Shown piece after piece: positions 1 through 15,133 of a DNA stretch of 64,000 nucleotides. The notes beneath the pieces were generated by a model. It saw only the letters and a program-made list of their open reading frames with translations, was not told the DNA's origin and did no database searches. Position 1 is the stretch's first letter; every line of letters starts with the position of its first letter. Both the position numbers and the translations under genes were made by a program. The stretch lies in the NCBI RefSeq assembly GCF_000002075.1, contig NW_004797299.1, positions 1,723,987-1,787,986 of the forward strand, read 5' to 3'. The stretch comes from Aplysia californica. Lineage: Eukaryota.

Positions 1-834
1 AATATAAATAAAATTGGTTCAAGTGGTACGTCGCTGGCTCAAATCCCCACAATAATATACTGGTACTTTGGTTTTTCGAAAATTTCCAAGCCTCTGCGCC
101 CTTTTCACTCCGTCTCACGGGATGTGAGCCTAAATGAGAAGATCCTGCCATATTTAACCTTCCTCCTACTTCATGGCCCAAAAAGGGACAGGGAGTTCTT
201 AAAACATTCGGCTCTTTCCAACCAGTAGACGAATATTCACCATATATATACCAAGAATGCTTAAAGCATCCATTTTGGCAGCCTCTGTTGTGCATGATTC
301 TGTGAATGGGATTTACAATTTTGCAAGAAAAGCATTTTCAAATATTTACCCCCTCCTGTACTTCGTATTCTATTTTGGGTCATACTTTTTATATATAAGA
401 AAATACATGTACTCCGAGTTCCCTCTTTGGGCCATACTAAATATATCAGGGAAATTTAAAATAATGAGATATCACCATCACATAAGTAAAAACATGTTCT
501 CCATTTTAGCTTCTCTTGCAATTGCATGAACTGACAGCTATAATGTTTGTACTCAATAACAGATCTGAATTTTGATGTCATAATTAATTATTATTACAGC
601 AATCTGTGCCACAAAGTAGAAACTGTTCTCAGAATTCAAAATTCAGTTTCAGTTTGGTAATAGCTTTTATGGCACTCTGAAAAATACACAAGAACATATT
701 GGGCATGCGGGACTCAATTTATTTGTTTGCACGTTAGTTCACAGCACAACTTGGTTTTAACTTTATCAGTAAAAAATTTCGTGGTCAAAATTCAGTATGA
801 AAAGCAGCAGTTTACATACATTTTAAGGTCCAGC

Positions 835-3800
835 ATGATGGCTGTGAGATGTATTCATCCTCTCCCGCTCACACTGACCCTCCTGGCCTTCCTGCATCTG
901 TCATCTGTAGACGCCATTGCCATTACCGGCGGTAGTCTACTCCACAAAGATGCCTGTATACGGTCCGGCCGTCTGCCCAGCTCTCTGACCTTTACCCCGG
1001 TGGCGACCAGCACGCAATGTGCAACACTATGTCGTGAGGACTGTGTCGCTGTGTTGCTCAACACACATGGCACGACCCCGCTCTGCGCTGTTCTCCAGCA
1101 CAAAGACCAACTTCCGGCGAATTCGACGGTGTCTTGCAATGAGTCACTTGCCTCTGAAGTCATTTACAAGACTGCAGGCCTACAGGTAGTCACTGTACCA
1201 GTTTTCCTAATCATAATCATATCGCTCTGCTGCATACGACACAGCTGCAAAAGGGGGGGGGGGGTGAGTTCATGCCCTGATACATCTTAGAGACTCCTCT
1301 TCTCTCCGTCCCTTCCTCCTTCTCCTTAACATTAGTCTAATGAAGCGGAGGAGGCGGTGTGTGTGTGTGCATGTGTAGGCCTATGTGGCGGGCGGGGGGA
1401 GTGTGGAAGGAACACCCTATTTGACGCGAACTACATCAATCGCAGGGGCAGAGAGGTTCTCCAGTAAGGGACCGTATTAAAACTGGCTCTTTTTTGGGCT
1501 CTGATATTACATTTGTGAACTCAGCATCTACCTGTTAATATGGCTGCTAGTGTTTACCATTGGGTCTCTTACTGCCTCCTGCTTTTTTCTTTAAGACCCC
1601 TTAAAGTGTTCCCCGCCATCCAACCAGTCTTAGAGTGTGTCAACACAGGCGGTGAAGAGGGCGCATTGTTTATTTTCTCAAACAAAGGAGTCGCTTTAGG
1701 AATAAGTGTACAGGGTGATTCAAATACATGTGTAGAATGAACTGATATTTTAATAAGTAAAAGCAATAGAAAATTCAAGCTAAGTATTGTACTCACAATC
1801 AACTTTTATTTCCTGTCTTACAAGTGTTCAAACTGACCAACACCAGCAGTACAGGCAATATGAATGACAATGACATGATAAGAGAAATTATCCCAGACAC
1901 GTTTCAGCACATCATGGTCCACTGGGTTTATCTGATTGTTATTCGATGTTTAAGGTTGTCGAGGACCGTAGGTAGTGGCGGGGGAACATAAACGCAGTGT
2001 CTTATGCATCCCCACAAGAAAAATCACACACGGTGAGGTCTGGGGATCTGGCAACCAATCACAGAGAGCAAGGTCTTGGCACCATTCCAACCAGTCTATC
2101 GCTAGGGCACTTTTTCATCCTGCTCAAACTATACTGAACACCAAAAGAAACGCAAGTAAGCAACAAAAGAAACGCAAATGGATTTCTGGTATGGAAAAGG
2201 TTATATTTATTGAAATTGTTAACAGATGTGTGATTTTTGTTAGATGTTTTACGTTCGAAAATGTGATTTTCATTGAGCATGGACGAACATCTTCGACTGG
2301 TATTTTTTAGCGACTCATTAATGTCACAGTATCTTTCTTAAACACAGGGATGCACAACTCGCATAGTCCATTTGGCACAGTTCAAGCGTTGTCGTGCTGG
2401 AACACCAAATGGTGGTGTTGCTGGACATAGGGGAGGACCGCCGGCCTTAGTACCATGTTGATGTAACGTTGGGCGTTGATTCCATCGCCACGCTTGCGTC
2501 CGAGGTTTTGGAAGACAACGGGGTCGACCTGGTGATTTAGTCCAATAGCATCCCAGATCATGTCACTAGGGCCATCCCAGACGTCGGCTTCCATCATGTT
2601 GAGGTCTGCGTTGCGTTCGCCGTTTCTCCTCCAAATTCTAACTCTTCTATCCGTGTTGCTGATGCAGAATCGACTCTCGTTAGAGAAAAGAATGTTTCTC
2701 CATTGCCTCCATGTCCAATGAAGCCGATGCTGGGCACAGGCTAACCTCTGTTGTCTGTGGCGGTTAGTGAGGGCTGGGCTAACCGCAGGACGACAGCACC
2801 GGAGTCCTCGGGTCTGAAGTCGTCGCCGCATGGTCTGGCCGGATATTGATCGTCCGTGGCTTCCAATTGTCCCCCTTGCAATTTCAGCTGTAGGCAGGAA
2901 GCTGTCTCGGTGATGACGGCGCGTAATCAGTCGATCTTGGCGTGCGGATGTGACCCATGGTCTTCAGCTTCTGGCCAAGTCTTTGGTGCTGCCAGTTGTT
3001 TGAAAACGTGTCCACAGCCTACAAACTGTTGAAAGGGCCACATGAAATGCGATAGCGACGTCAGTACGGCTGTTCCCAGCTTGTAAACGCCCAATGGCTC
3101 CCTCTCGACCTGCAGCGCTCAGTCGTGGCATCGTCTTGGCGGTCAACTGCTTCACTGGCCAAAGCGTAGCGGTGTGTCTTTTTATACCCTGATATGCCAT
3201 TAACACAAATCAAGAAAAAAAAATTCACCCATCTCTGTTTTCAATCACGCAGGGCTAAAAGCACAAACTTTTCATTGACCGACTTTCGTAAGCTTAAGGT
3301 GGTACTTTTTACTCAGCACTCACATACTACACTCAGGAGACCTAAACACCTCAGGAGCGTGAACTAGTATTTATCTGAAAAATATTTCTAAACACATTTT
3401 AGGGTGAAAATCGACCAAACTAATGACTTGCGTTTCTTTTGGCGTTCAGTATATTAGATGTCAATGGGGCAGTGCTTCATTTTGGTGAAAAATGAAGTTA
3501 TGCGAATCTGCTTGCAGTGATGTGAAGAGCCAGTTTTGGAGCATATCGAGATACATTTGTCCTGGAACGGCATTTCCTAGAATGGAAGACAACAGCATCC
3601 TCTGTGACATCTATTAAAAAGCTAGATAACTCCTCTTTTAAATGGTCGTTGACTCATTCCATTACAGTGATGTTTGAGAACTGAACAAATGCGTCATATG
3701 ATTGATCCATTCTTTTTTAATCAACCTGTATAACAAACATTGAGGTCATTCGCATTGAGTCTTTCAGCTCCAATGTTGCTCATCATAACAGGTGCTGAGG

Positions 3801-6800
3801 TAAGATGGCGTTATGGGCGGATTTCAGGGGGATCATGTCTAGCTTTAAATTAATTTTTTTAAGGCAATGGATCAGGTCCCGCTTATCCATTTAAAGTTAT
3901 AAGGTATCCTTATACATGTCCCGCAAGGCGCACCATGCTGCAGCGTGATTGGTACAACGCTGAACTACGATGTGAATGACTCAAGTTCGAATCCTTATGG
4001 GATGTTCTTAACCATGTATGGGCTGCCTTCAAGGTTGTCTATTCTGTTGGCTCTTTCCTATCTGATCTGATTGGTGTTAAATTCAGAGTTCCTGTCTCCT
4101 GAATAACCGGACATTGTAAAAGGAACAATACCATACATGATGAGTGCTTCCATTATTTTCTCTGTCAAGTCAGACAGAGATATCATTATATTATAATAAT
4201 GTATATTGCGTTTTTCACGCCAATGTTGTACAGTCCGTGCCGGCTTTAAGCACGCCGGCCTTAAGCACGTTTCGGACTCAAACACGCTAAACGGCTCTTA
4301 CCGAATTTTTGCTATATAAATTACACGCCTTTAAGCACGGTAACTTCGGCTCCAAGCACGCTTCATTTACAAGACAGTCAATATTTTCATGATGGCCCAT
4401 CGAAGTTCGAACACAGACTACACCGCATCAGTGGAGTGTGTCAAGAGAAACACAAAGAACGCAAGTGATGGACTTTCACACTCACACGAGCGGAGAGGAA
4501 GTCAGATGCACACAGCCGCGCGCGCGGACATAGGATCTAGCCTAGGCCTAGGAGAGAGCTACACACGACCCAAAAAAATACAAAGAGAGTCGGGGAGATG
4601 AGTAAGGGAGGCTGGCTGCGATTTCACCTTTGACCCTCGCTATCCATTAACCCTGATTGTGTATCACGCGCGAGGTGGGATGAAGGCGGTGGTATGAGTG
4701 GCACAGCGGGCAGTGGTACGCACAGGCAGTGTATAGGCCTAGTGTGCTGTATCGTGACTGGCCGTCTAAATTAAGTTTTCATATCCCATTCGACCACAAA
4801 ACAAAAATAAACAAGCGAACAAAAACTACCATGGCGGGTGTCTAAATAACAGTGCACACTTTTGCGGGACGGCTATAGGCCTACTTACAAACAAAAGGAA
4901 ATAGCACGGGAAATTTTCTACATGAAAATCTCTGGATTATGTCTACTTCGCACTCAAGCACGCTTCGGCTTTAAGCACGCTTAAGCTTTCTCCCGACGAC
5001 CGTGCTTATAGCCGGCATGGACTGTACCCCATTCATCTTCACAGCTCACTTATTTTGTTGTCTGCCGCTTATAAAGCTTGTAAAGCTCATAGAGCATACT
5101 GAAGAGCGTGGAAGTGCGCNNNNNNNNNNNNNNNNNNNNNNNNNNNNNNNNNNNNNNNNNNNNNNNNNNNNNNNNNNNNNNNNNNNNNNNNNNNNNNNNN
5201 NNNNNNNNNNNNNNNNNNNNNNNNNNNNNNNNNNNNNNNNNNNNNNNNNNNNNNNNNNNNNNNNNNNNNNNNNNNNNNNGCAGGAAGGCAGGGGAATCCA
5301 TGGTCTGACCTGATGGTGTGTCAAAATTAAGGTCTCCTTGATTCCAGACAGTGTCTTTCTCGGTCGTCTTCTAGCCTTGTTGTCTTTGAAGTGTGTACAT
5401 TACATGTATTATACCCACGCTGGACTGGGTGGTGTGCTGGTAAACGGGCGAGGTGCCCAAACCACTTTTTTTTTTCCTTTTGATGATAGGTGTGTTATCA
5501 TTCGCTCGAGTTTCTTTGCCTTCCACGTTTTCTATGTGAATGGTATTAGAATCGTGCCTTGTCGTGTCTTGTTGACAGCTGTTCTTCGGGATTGTGTTTC
5601 ACCAAAGATAGTACATAACAAGATGGGCCACTTCTCTCTTTGAGCCAATTAAAAAAGTGTCCTCAAAATTTGGTGGCGCCCTCTTCACAAAAGCGCACTC
5701 TTTGCGAACAGAGTTACCCTACTTGAGTTTTACAAAATCAAAGTGAAACTAGCATGTTTTGGGATAAATTTCGGAAGAACGCTTTTTTAAAATGGTTACG
5801 CTGACAAAAAACCTCTTCCGAAGGAAAGGGTGATGGTTTTCTTCGTTTAATTTGACTTTAGAATGAAAGGCGAGAGGTCATTAACATTTTTAAAAACCTA
5901 AAACTCCGCACTGAACGTACCCGAACTGCTGATGAACAGCAGTCGATCTGCGCACGCAAGGAGGTGCTATTCCTATTCTTCTTCTGGAAAAACAAAAGAG
6001 AGCTTCAAAACAGACTGCAGCGCCATCTGAAGCAAAGAGCATACTTCCTGCGGACACTTTTTTGGCTGAGTGGCCCATCTTCTTATTTACTATCTTTGGT
6101 TTCACGTGTTCTGTTTTGTTTCCCAATTGTAGGCAAGGTGCAAGTTCGGTATCGATACAACATGTTATATTGTTAATGCAAGAACAAAGATAAAGTTTCT
6201 AAATGTAGATATTGCTGACTAGACGTGTTAAGCCATCTGCTAGTGAAATTTCTCAAATCTATATCCCTTGACCAAATACAGCAATGATGATATTATATTT
6301 ATATTAGTCAGACATCAAAGAATAAAATCAATTAATTATTTATTATTCTGAGCGCATATGTTAACCTTGCTAAGCAAGCAAACATCCGCCATATTGGATA
6401 ATTTTTTTAAATTTCAAAAGCTCTCTCCTAGTTTTCGTCTGTTGGCTGTCGTTTTAGTAAGTACAACCTACAACACACATGTAATGAACAAATAACGCCA
6501 GATGTGTAATATTACGATAATATGAAAATAATTATGGACTCTGGAAATGTGTACTATGGACAAATAGCAAAAACCTTGAAATTCTCAACCAAAACACTGA
6601 TTGTACAAATGGAATTATATATTGTTCTTATTATTTTCGAAATGAGCTCTATTTCAGTAAAGTTTACGTATGGAAGTACATTGTGTTTTTAAAAAATGAA
6701 GCCAGTCAGATAAAAAAAAATAAAGGAAAAGATGTAATTTAAAGTCAGAAAAATAAATATTTGAAAAAAGATTGAGAAAATATTTTTTTCAACATGACCC

Positions 6801-9800
6801 AAAACTGCAAATTATTTTTTAAAGCCGTAAATGACTTCTAAACATAACTGATTGAAGCGGGTGCTTGAAACTTTGAGGGAAATTGATGTAGGTTTCAAAA
6901 ATGAAAAAAAAAAATGCATGGTCAGACAGGGGAAACATGGGAAAAATTGTACCCGCAGATGGCCTTAAGATGTTTCAGGAAAGGAGCAAGCTTGTTACTG
7001 ATATAGCTACGGGGGCTCTCGTGGCCTAGAGGTTAAGGTGTTGGCCTCTCATCTAAAAGGTCCCGGGTTCGAATCCGGGTAGCGACCGAAAAATTTCTTC
7101 TCTAAAATTGTCTCCTTTCACCTCCTTTCCTGCTCTCTAGCAATGTTCTGTTGTCTGCTTTCATTTCTACTTTCTGCCCCCACCCCCTCACCTCCTTTGC
7201 TCCCTCCTCTGGGCTCCTGACTCTTTCTGCAGCCTTTCTACTGCTACTCCTAGGCTCCTCCTTACTGCTGTCTTTCTGCCACACCCCTGATCTTCTGGTA
7301 AGAAAGATCTACACCTAGCCTTCTCGGACAAGGGCGAAAAATCTCGGAGGGCCCGTGTGCAAGTTGCGCACGTTAAAGATCCCTTGGTGGTCTAAAATCG
7401 TTAAGAGTAGGCTTCGGCCGCCACCCGGGCAAAATTCAAAATTTCCTACCAACTGAAAATATTAGGTGTGTCCCGCGCGCTCATGTGACCTTATGCAGTT
7501 GAGAGCGCCGTAAAACATTTTACAAAAACATAAAACAAAATGACATAGCTACTATTTTGTATTCTGGTTTCTACACATCTGTCCATTTTCCGCCTTTCGT
7601 GAGGATAGTTCCTTAGATAGAACCTAATTTTAAATTCCTGAACGTGTTCGAAATTTGTATTCTGGATGTTAATAATTAGTTTCACTAACAATGTTCTGCT
7701 AACAGTTATCGTCTTTGTTTTACTAGTGCTGATATATAAAATGTTTGCAAGCAGTATTTAAAGTAGTGATGTGATTTTATTGGAATGTGTCTTCGTTATT
7801 GCAAACAAGAGTCTGATCATCAGCAAACAGTCGTTGTATCCATACTTTTGGTGTAGATGTCACGGATTTTGTCTAACATTTTCATAAAAAGTAACTCTGT
7901 TAACTAAGTCGGAGGTCTCTTCTTGATCTACGAGGACAAAGGTCAGGTCCTTGTTTTATAATATTTGCAGTTGTCTTTTCATTTAAACACCTTTTAAAAC
8001 TAAAAGATTGAGTGAAGCACACCTTTTCTTTCCTTAATATCTCCTGTGTGTCTTTGATGGTTGCCTTCTAACTAAATCGAAATTCCAATATTTAGCATAC
8101 ATTTTGTCCATGTGACTCAATACGGCAACCTGCGTTCTACAATTTCCCCATCTGTCTCTCTTCTTTCAGATAAGCGCTTCAGTTATTTGCAGAACCCGTT
8201 AGAAATCATTCTTTCCAAGCCTTTTGGAAGATCCTTATAAATCTAAATCTAATGATCACTTTTCTTCATATACTGGTACTCAGATGGCTTCACATACAAT
8301 TCACCAGTTTACGCCTTTTTGTTCTCTAGGCTAGTTTTGGCTGCCCACTGTACTTCAGATCAGAAGATTGTTGACTTTCCTCTGCTCTGTGGCAAACTTA
8401 GAATTTATATCGTTCTTTTCTTTGGTTAGTATTGCGTCAAAGTTCACTAAAGCATACCTTGATTTTTGCCTTCATTTTATATTCCTGCTCCTGCCATATT
8501 CTATAACTGTCATTGGGTCAGATGGTTCATCTGACCGTCTCAAGACCCCGACATTCATCTTCAAGTTCTACTGCAACTTTTGACAGATTTCACTGAGTTG
8601 TTCTCCGTGTTTCTTCCAACACTTTTCACCACCCATTCGTGGTGTCGCCTTGTTAGTTGTTAGTCAATATTTTATGAAGTCGTCTTCAAGTTTTGCTACC
8701 GGTATATTCACATTTTGTAGTAATATGATTCATCCTGGAATGTTGCTTCTGGAGTTACATTCATATCAGTCGTGTAGATTTCGTCTTCTAGTCTACTTTT
8801 GCGTTTGTGTCCACTTGTGTGAAAATTTATGTGGTTGTTTGCTCTGGTGATTTATCTAATTCTCTGAATGTTACTTGTATACTGGTCAACGGTCGATGCT
8901 CAAATTGATTACGGTATAACTCTTGCATCAGTGGTTTTACGTTTGTGGGCGTTTCTTCCCAATTTGAAACCCACCTATTTTAACTACGTCTGTTTATGGT
9001 TTGGTTGATGCTTTTAGTATGTGATACATTTATTATATAATCAATCTCCCCACCTCCAGGCAGGTCCGGTGTGTCACGCAGAACTGACAGCATTTGGTCG
9101 TTTATACTGTCTTCACAACACTTACAAAAAAACAGAACTGATGACAGAGGCCCAGACTGTGTGCCAGAAAATGGGTGGACAACTGCCCGAGGCAGAGACG
9201 TTGAAGCATTTAGCGGTTTTAGGCCGCATCGCATACCCCGGTGAGTCACCACAAACCGTCCTACTTGAAAAGGGATTAGATTAAACTAGTGAGGAATCCT
9301 GAATTCGTCCCCCGCTCAAAAATAGGTTACTTGTCGAAGAATCTGATCACGAACTGTAAGACCACCCCCCCCCCCCCCCCCCCCCCCCCCGTCGGCATTG
9401 ATATGGCTAAATGAGGCAGTAGCAGTGAAGTCGAATGCTCCCTACTCATTATAGTTGCATCAACAAGAGAGCCGGGGGGGGGGGGTGTTTATAAGTCCAT
9501 GGCGAATTTTCAAAAGAGCCTGGGAGCAAAGGAAATGCCCAGATGACTGGCAGAAAGCCATAGTGGCCCCATTATGGAAAAAGAAAGGCTACAAACAGGA
9601 CTGCACAACATACAGAGTTATTAAGCCACGCAGGGAAAATGTACGCAAAGATACTAGAACAGCGGATAAGACCTATTGTAGAGAAAAATCTGAGCAAAGC
9701 TCAGTTTGGATTACAAAAGGGAAGAGGATGCACGGATGCCGTATTCGAATTAAGACAGATGCGAGAAAACAATCGAACACCACGAAAAATCCAACATTGT

Positions 9801-12800
9801 CTTTATAGACCAGGAGAAGGCTTTTGACAGAGTAAACCATGCAATACTCTGGAAGACACTCGCAACGTATGGCGTCAGAAGACAAATATTAAATAATGCC
9901 AGAGCTCTCTCTATATACCAACAGCAGAAGCTCAGTAAGAACGAAGAAAGGCAATACAGACTAGTTCAAAGTAAGATCTGGAGTACGACAGGGATTCGTT
10001 CTATCTCCCCTCCTGTTTATTAAAATGTAATAATATGGACACAATAGCACAAGACGCAAACCAAAGCCCAGAAAGCCTATTATGTCCCTGCCGGTCAATA
10101 TCAGCCATATGAAGGAAATTTCAAAACTGAGTTAACATTATTTTTTTAAACTATCACCTTTCCCTCACAATTCAAAACAAGAATGAAGTAAATATGACTA
10201 TATTTGACGAACATAGAGAATTTTTAATTGTGCGAGGTGAGAAAACACGAAAAGGAGAAAATGGCCTCCGAAGTGGGGCAACATGTTTCCATAGCAACAG
10301 GGGTCTTAGAATTGAGATAGAGACTTGAACTTTAGCAGTTATCTTGGCTATGCCACAACAAGGTAACGTACAGAAGTAGAAAACTATTCATTTACAGAGA
10401 AAAAACTTATGGACAAAACACAATTTTCACTTGAATGGAATCCACCTCAAATGCAACAAAATATTAGCATTATACTAGGTACCAGATACTAAATTTTCAA
10501 TGTAGCTGTATGTCAAATTCATCTGTTTCTTATAAAAGGCCTATGTCTCCTGAGAATTTTGGTACCATACTGTTACCTCTCAGTCAATGTTTAGAGAATG
10601 GCAGCTGTTTCAATTTAACGTAATAATCAAATATTGCTGAAATCGCTAACTGGCTGCAACCCCATAATTGACAGATTATAAAAGAGTACCAAGTGCACCA
10701 AACATCTCTACACAGAGTACAATCAGTATAACAAAGAAATGAAGAGTAATTTTTTTCAAGACTGTGAGATCATTACAAATCAGTTTTTTATTTCCTCAAA
10801 CACGATGATCTGTCGTTATTTCAATAAAAAACACCGAGCGTTGTCTCGGCCGGCGCCACGCCGGTCCCCGCGGCGAGCGAGTCGGCACTATACTGTAGTG
10901 TACTGAGTACTCCCCGGAGCTATAACACCAAGCACTTAGGAAGAGGAACGCACAAGGTTGATAGAGGGTGTCGAGGAAACCCTGAGAAAACATAATATCA
11001 CAACTGAAAGAGCCTCGGAGCAGGCCTACCATAGAAAACTGCATCTCCCCTCGACGCTTAATGGCAACAGAGGATGAAAAAGTAAAGTAAAGTAAGTATA
11101 AGTCCACATCTGGAACGGCGAAGGCGTGCACACTTTAATTAAAGTTAAAGGGCGGACAAAAATGCATGGCGCAACTTATTGTCGAACTAGTTGTATTCTA
11201 AAATGTGAAGAATACTACCCCGGGGGTACAAAATGACCCCAGGGCGTACGGATAGGGATAACTCTTGAACGTAGATTCTCCAACTTTTGCACAACGACTT
11301 ATATCAATTTGTCTTAACAGGTGAATATTTTTTCAAACCCCTGCACACTGTTTTCCAGAAAATTTCAAATTATACTAATAAAAAATCCCAGTATTTGATT
11401 TCTACAGGTTTAGGGCATTATCGCGTTTAAAAGTAAGTGTGTCATTTGTTTCTAATCGCAACATTATGCTTATTGAACGTATGCTAAGGGAACTTATAGT
11501 TTTAGTGCAAAATGTGTTCATTATAAAATTAATTTCTTATAAGAATTTTTGCCACTAAAAAGTGTCATTGGTGAGCTGTGACGTAACCCATATATGCGTA
11601 CACATGTCGTGTGTAAGAAGCGGGAAGTGCTGTGAACAATCCCATTTTCTGCGTGATGGAGATTTATAGTATTTTATATACATATGAAGAAACGTTTTTT
11701 ATCCTAGCCTCAGTTGTTGTGGAAAAAATGCGATTAAGTTAAGACAAATTGATACAAACTGATGAGCAAAGTATGGGTGACAGTGATTCATCCGTAAAAG
11801 AGATATTTGAGGATAAGTTGCGCCACGAATTTTTTTACCACACTATAGGAGTCAAACGATGCCCAGGCTTACGTCACAAAATGTGTGGATGATCGAAATT
11901 CTGCCAGGACCGTAACAACAGACAAAAAGAGACATTCTAAAACTACAAAACTGGAGCAGTGTGAAAGACAGTGGCGGTGGGTAGTGAAGGGCTTACGGGC
12001 TTGAGCCCCTCACCCTCAACCCTCCCCACCAGAACTCTATCCCTTAGTTAATGAAAGTTTCTTAAATAACGAAATAAGCAGTTGAAACCGTTATGATCGC
12101 ACACAATGAGCACACAGTTATCAGCTTGGTGGCTTGCCCGTTTATCCAATTATTGTTGTCACCGCTTACAACAATATATAAAATAGTAACCTAACAACCA
12201 ATCAAATGTCGTTAGGGCTCAGAAAGAATAAGCCGGTTCCCACGCCCGTCTTTAATGAAACTCTTCTTGTAAAAAGGTAGAAGATTTTTTTTAAAATAAC
12301 ACTGCACAGAGGGCTCACGCTCTCCCAGCTCTGACAATGGGGTGAAAGTTTACGACACACTTTCCCCCAGTGACACAGATACGAGTCTATGCACCCATAA
12401 GGCCTTTGTTAGGTGCGTTCTATTTTCCGCTACACGACCCAATCCACCTCATAGACGGTATGTGTTTGGAGTGCTGTGTGTTTGTGCCGCTGGGATTTAA
12501 CAGTTATTAATTACATCAAACCACTTTTGAGGCAACTATCTCTTCATATAAAAACTAAGTAGAGAAATTTGGAGGTGAAACGGCTTCGTCCCCCCAATCC
12601 AGAAGAGCTTAAATTTAACTAAGAACATAGAGATGGAAGACAAAGGTGACTCTTCTCGTTTGAATGGTTCTCAAAATGCCGTGGCTCGCCGTGAGTATAG
12701 AAAAATCATCACTATTTTGTTCATATTGCTTGCTTTTTGGTGGTAAAGAAGAGGCAGAAACCTAACCCCCTCACAAATCTTGGTCCACCCACCGCCACTG

Positions 12801-13833
12801 GTGAAAGAAGAATCTGCGAAGAAGGAAATTAGCTCTGAACGTTTGTCAAGAGAAATGAATGTAAAACTGTTCCATTAGAACTACGGATGCCTCGAACTAC
12901 CGAGGCCAGTTCCAATGAATTCGAGTTATCTGTGTTATACTGTGCTTTTACAAAAGGCATTACAGCCAAAGAAGCATATCACCATCACACAAGGGAAGGC
13001 TTTCTGCCCACCTCAAACCCCCTCATTTAAGAAGCCTGTGCATCACAGATGAGCTAATGGAGATCAAGTATGTGCCTGGCGTGACACAAAAACAGAATGG
13101 GAGTTTCCATATGTTCACACCTGGTTGAAGTGCCCTAAGACGGTCTTTGTGATCAAACCGAGAGTGGAAGCAGCTTTTGCTATCACTACTGCAGACTGGA
13201 ATTTGGGGGCCCTTGGCACCCAGACGTTTATGCCGTTTCTAAAATTGCATGTCTCAGCCCAAACCATGGACAGTGGCATCAGAAGGGACTGTGCCTAAAT
13301 ATTGAGGGCAGAGACTGCCATAGAGGGTGTAGCTTAGAAAAACAGGAAAGGAACCATTTTTTTAGACTGGCAGACGCCTCTACTGCCCAGGAAGAGGGAC
13401 TGATTTGGAATAAAGAAGTCCATCTGCAATTTATGGCTGTGTTTTCCTCTTTTAGCAACTTGGAGTTGCATATTTTTGACAAATTTCCCTATATTTCTTC
13501 TTTTCAGTTAATACTACCACTAAATTGACCTCTCTGTTGCATGCCTACCTACTGGGTTTTTTGGGGGTGACATTTTTCTTAAAATTAGATATAAAAGAAT
13601 TGGGTACATTGAGAAATTATTAATTGTCTTTATACAATTCAATTCATGCTCCTATCTGTTTCGGTTGGAAAATTATGACAAAATCTTTACGTTTTTTCAA
13701 GTTTTCTCAAAACGACAAAAATTAAGGGGTATGGGTTGCGGCCCGGACTCTTATTTAAAACTCAAGTGGAGGATTCTTTTATATTTGGCCTGACTATGTA
13801 AAAATGAATTTTCTGTAATCCTAAATGGGTTTT

Positions 13834-13874
<41 letters not shown>

Positions 13875-15054
13875 CCCATTTTGAAAAATGCTGTTTCGAG
13901 TGCTTCAGTTGATGTGAAAATGCGAAAATTAATAGAGTCAAGCAATAGCTATGACGTTATCCTCAATATTTCTTTAGAGGTTTCAAGTATCAAAACAAGC
14001 CCATTTAGGATCACAGATTTTATTGTTAACGTGCTTATGTAAAAATATAAGTACTTTAGTAAATAAACTGATTGAGCGAGAGAGCGGGCCGGATTGAGTC
14101 AAAATTGCTTCTGTACCCCCAAAACATGAAAATGAAATATTTTCAAATACCTAAAAGAAAGATTATATTTTGCGATTTGAATTTCATTTTTAACTCCTGG
14201 GGTGTTTTATGATCACTCTGAATTACGCTGGTATGTGTTAATAACAAAGTTAGAAATATTAACTGCCACCTACCATTAAAAATGCATGGATGGCTTTTGC
14301 GAAATTAAAAACCATGTATTAATTGGAAGTCAAAGATCGTTTCATTGAAGGCGAAATTTAAAATTATATAACAGCTATGGTTTGGCCGTATTGACGTATG
14401 GTTCAGAGATGTGGAAAACAAACAAAACAATTCAACGAAAATTAAAAAGCTTCTAAATAAAATGTTCGCGAATAATTTTTGCTAATAAAATGGAATTAAT
14501 GTATTACAAATAATGAAGTTTTGGAAAGCTGAACTTGAAGACATCAACACGACCATAAAAAGGAGACGGTGGTGATATTTAGGACATGTTCTAAAAATGC
14601 CGAAGACAAGATTGCCCTATTCAGACATGGTATTGGAGACCAACTGGGAAAAGAAAGTAAACAAGGAAAACCAATTTTAACTGGAAGTTATAGAGGCATA
14701 AAAAGGGATGAGGCAATCGCCCCGGGCCTGGATGTGCCGAGACTGGAAAAGGTGGCCAGGAACAGGCAAGCGTGGCGTCGATTGCTCTCCGCTTTATGTG
14801 CCTGACCGTATAGGGAGAGAGTAATTAAGTATTAGTAAGTAACATCAAGTATAATCAACTTTTTTCCCCAGTTGTATCCACTTATTTCGTTTCCGCGTTT
14901 CATTTCATGTTTATGACATGTGTTTGTTCTTACAGTTACATGTAGCCTACTATAGTTATATATATATATATATATAACTATATATATAGCGGGAGGGGGA
15001 GCTAAAAGAGTGATACAGAAGAAAAAGAACGACAGAGAGAGGGAGGGATGGAAG

Positions 15055-15133
<79 letters not shown>

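Noticed and set aside
7011-7090. tRNA gene
   Set aside because: It has A and B boxes but no clean cloverleaf, and it continues into a SINE body with tail and TSD.
7560-8870. Possible decayed LINE ORF1 on the minus strand
   Set aside because: Only faint motif traces were seen, too degenerate to support a call.
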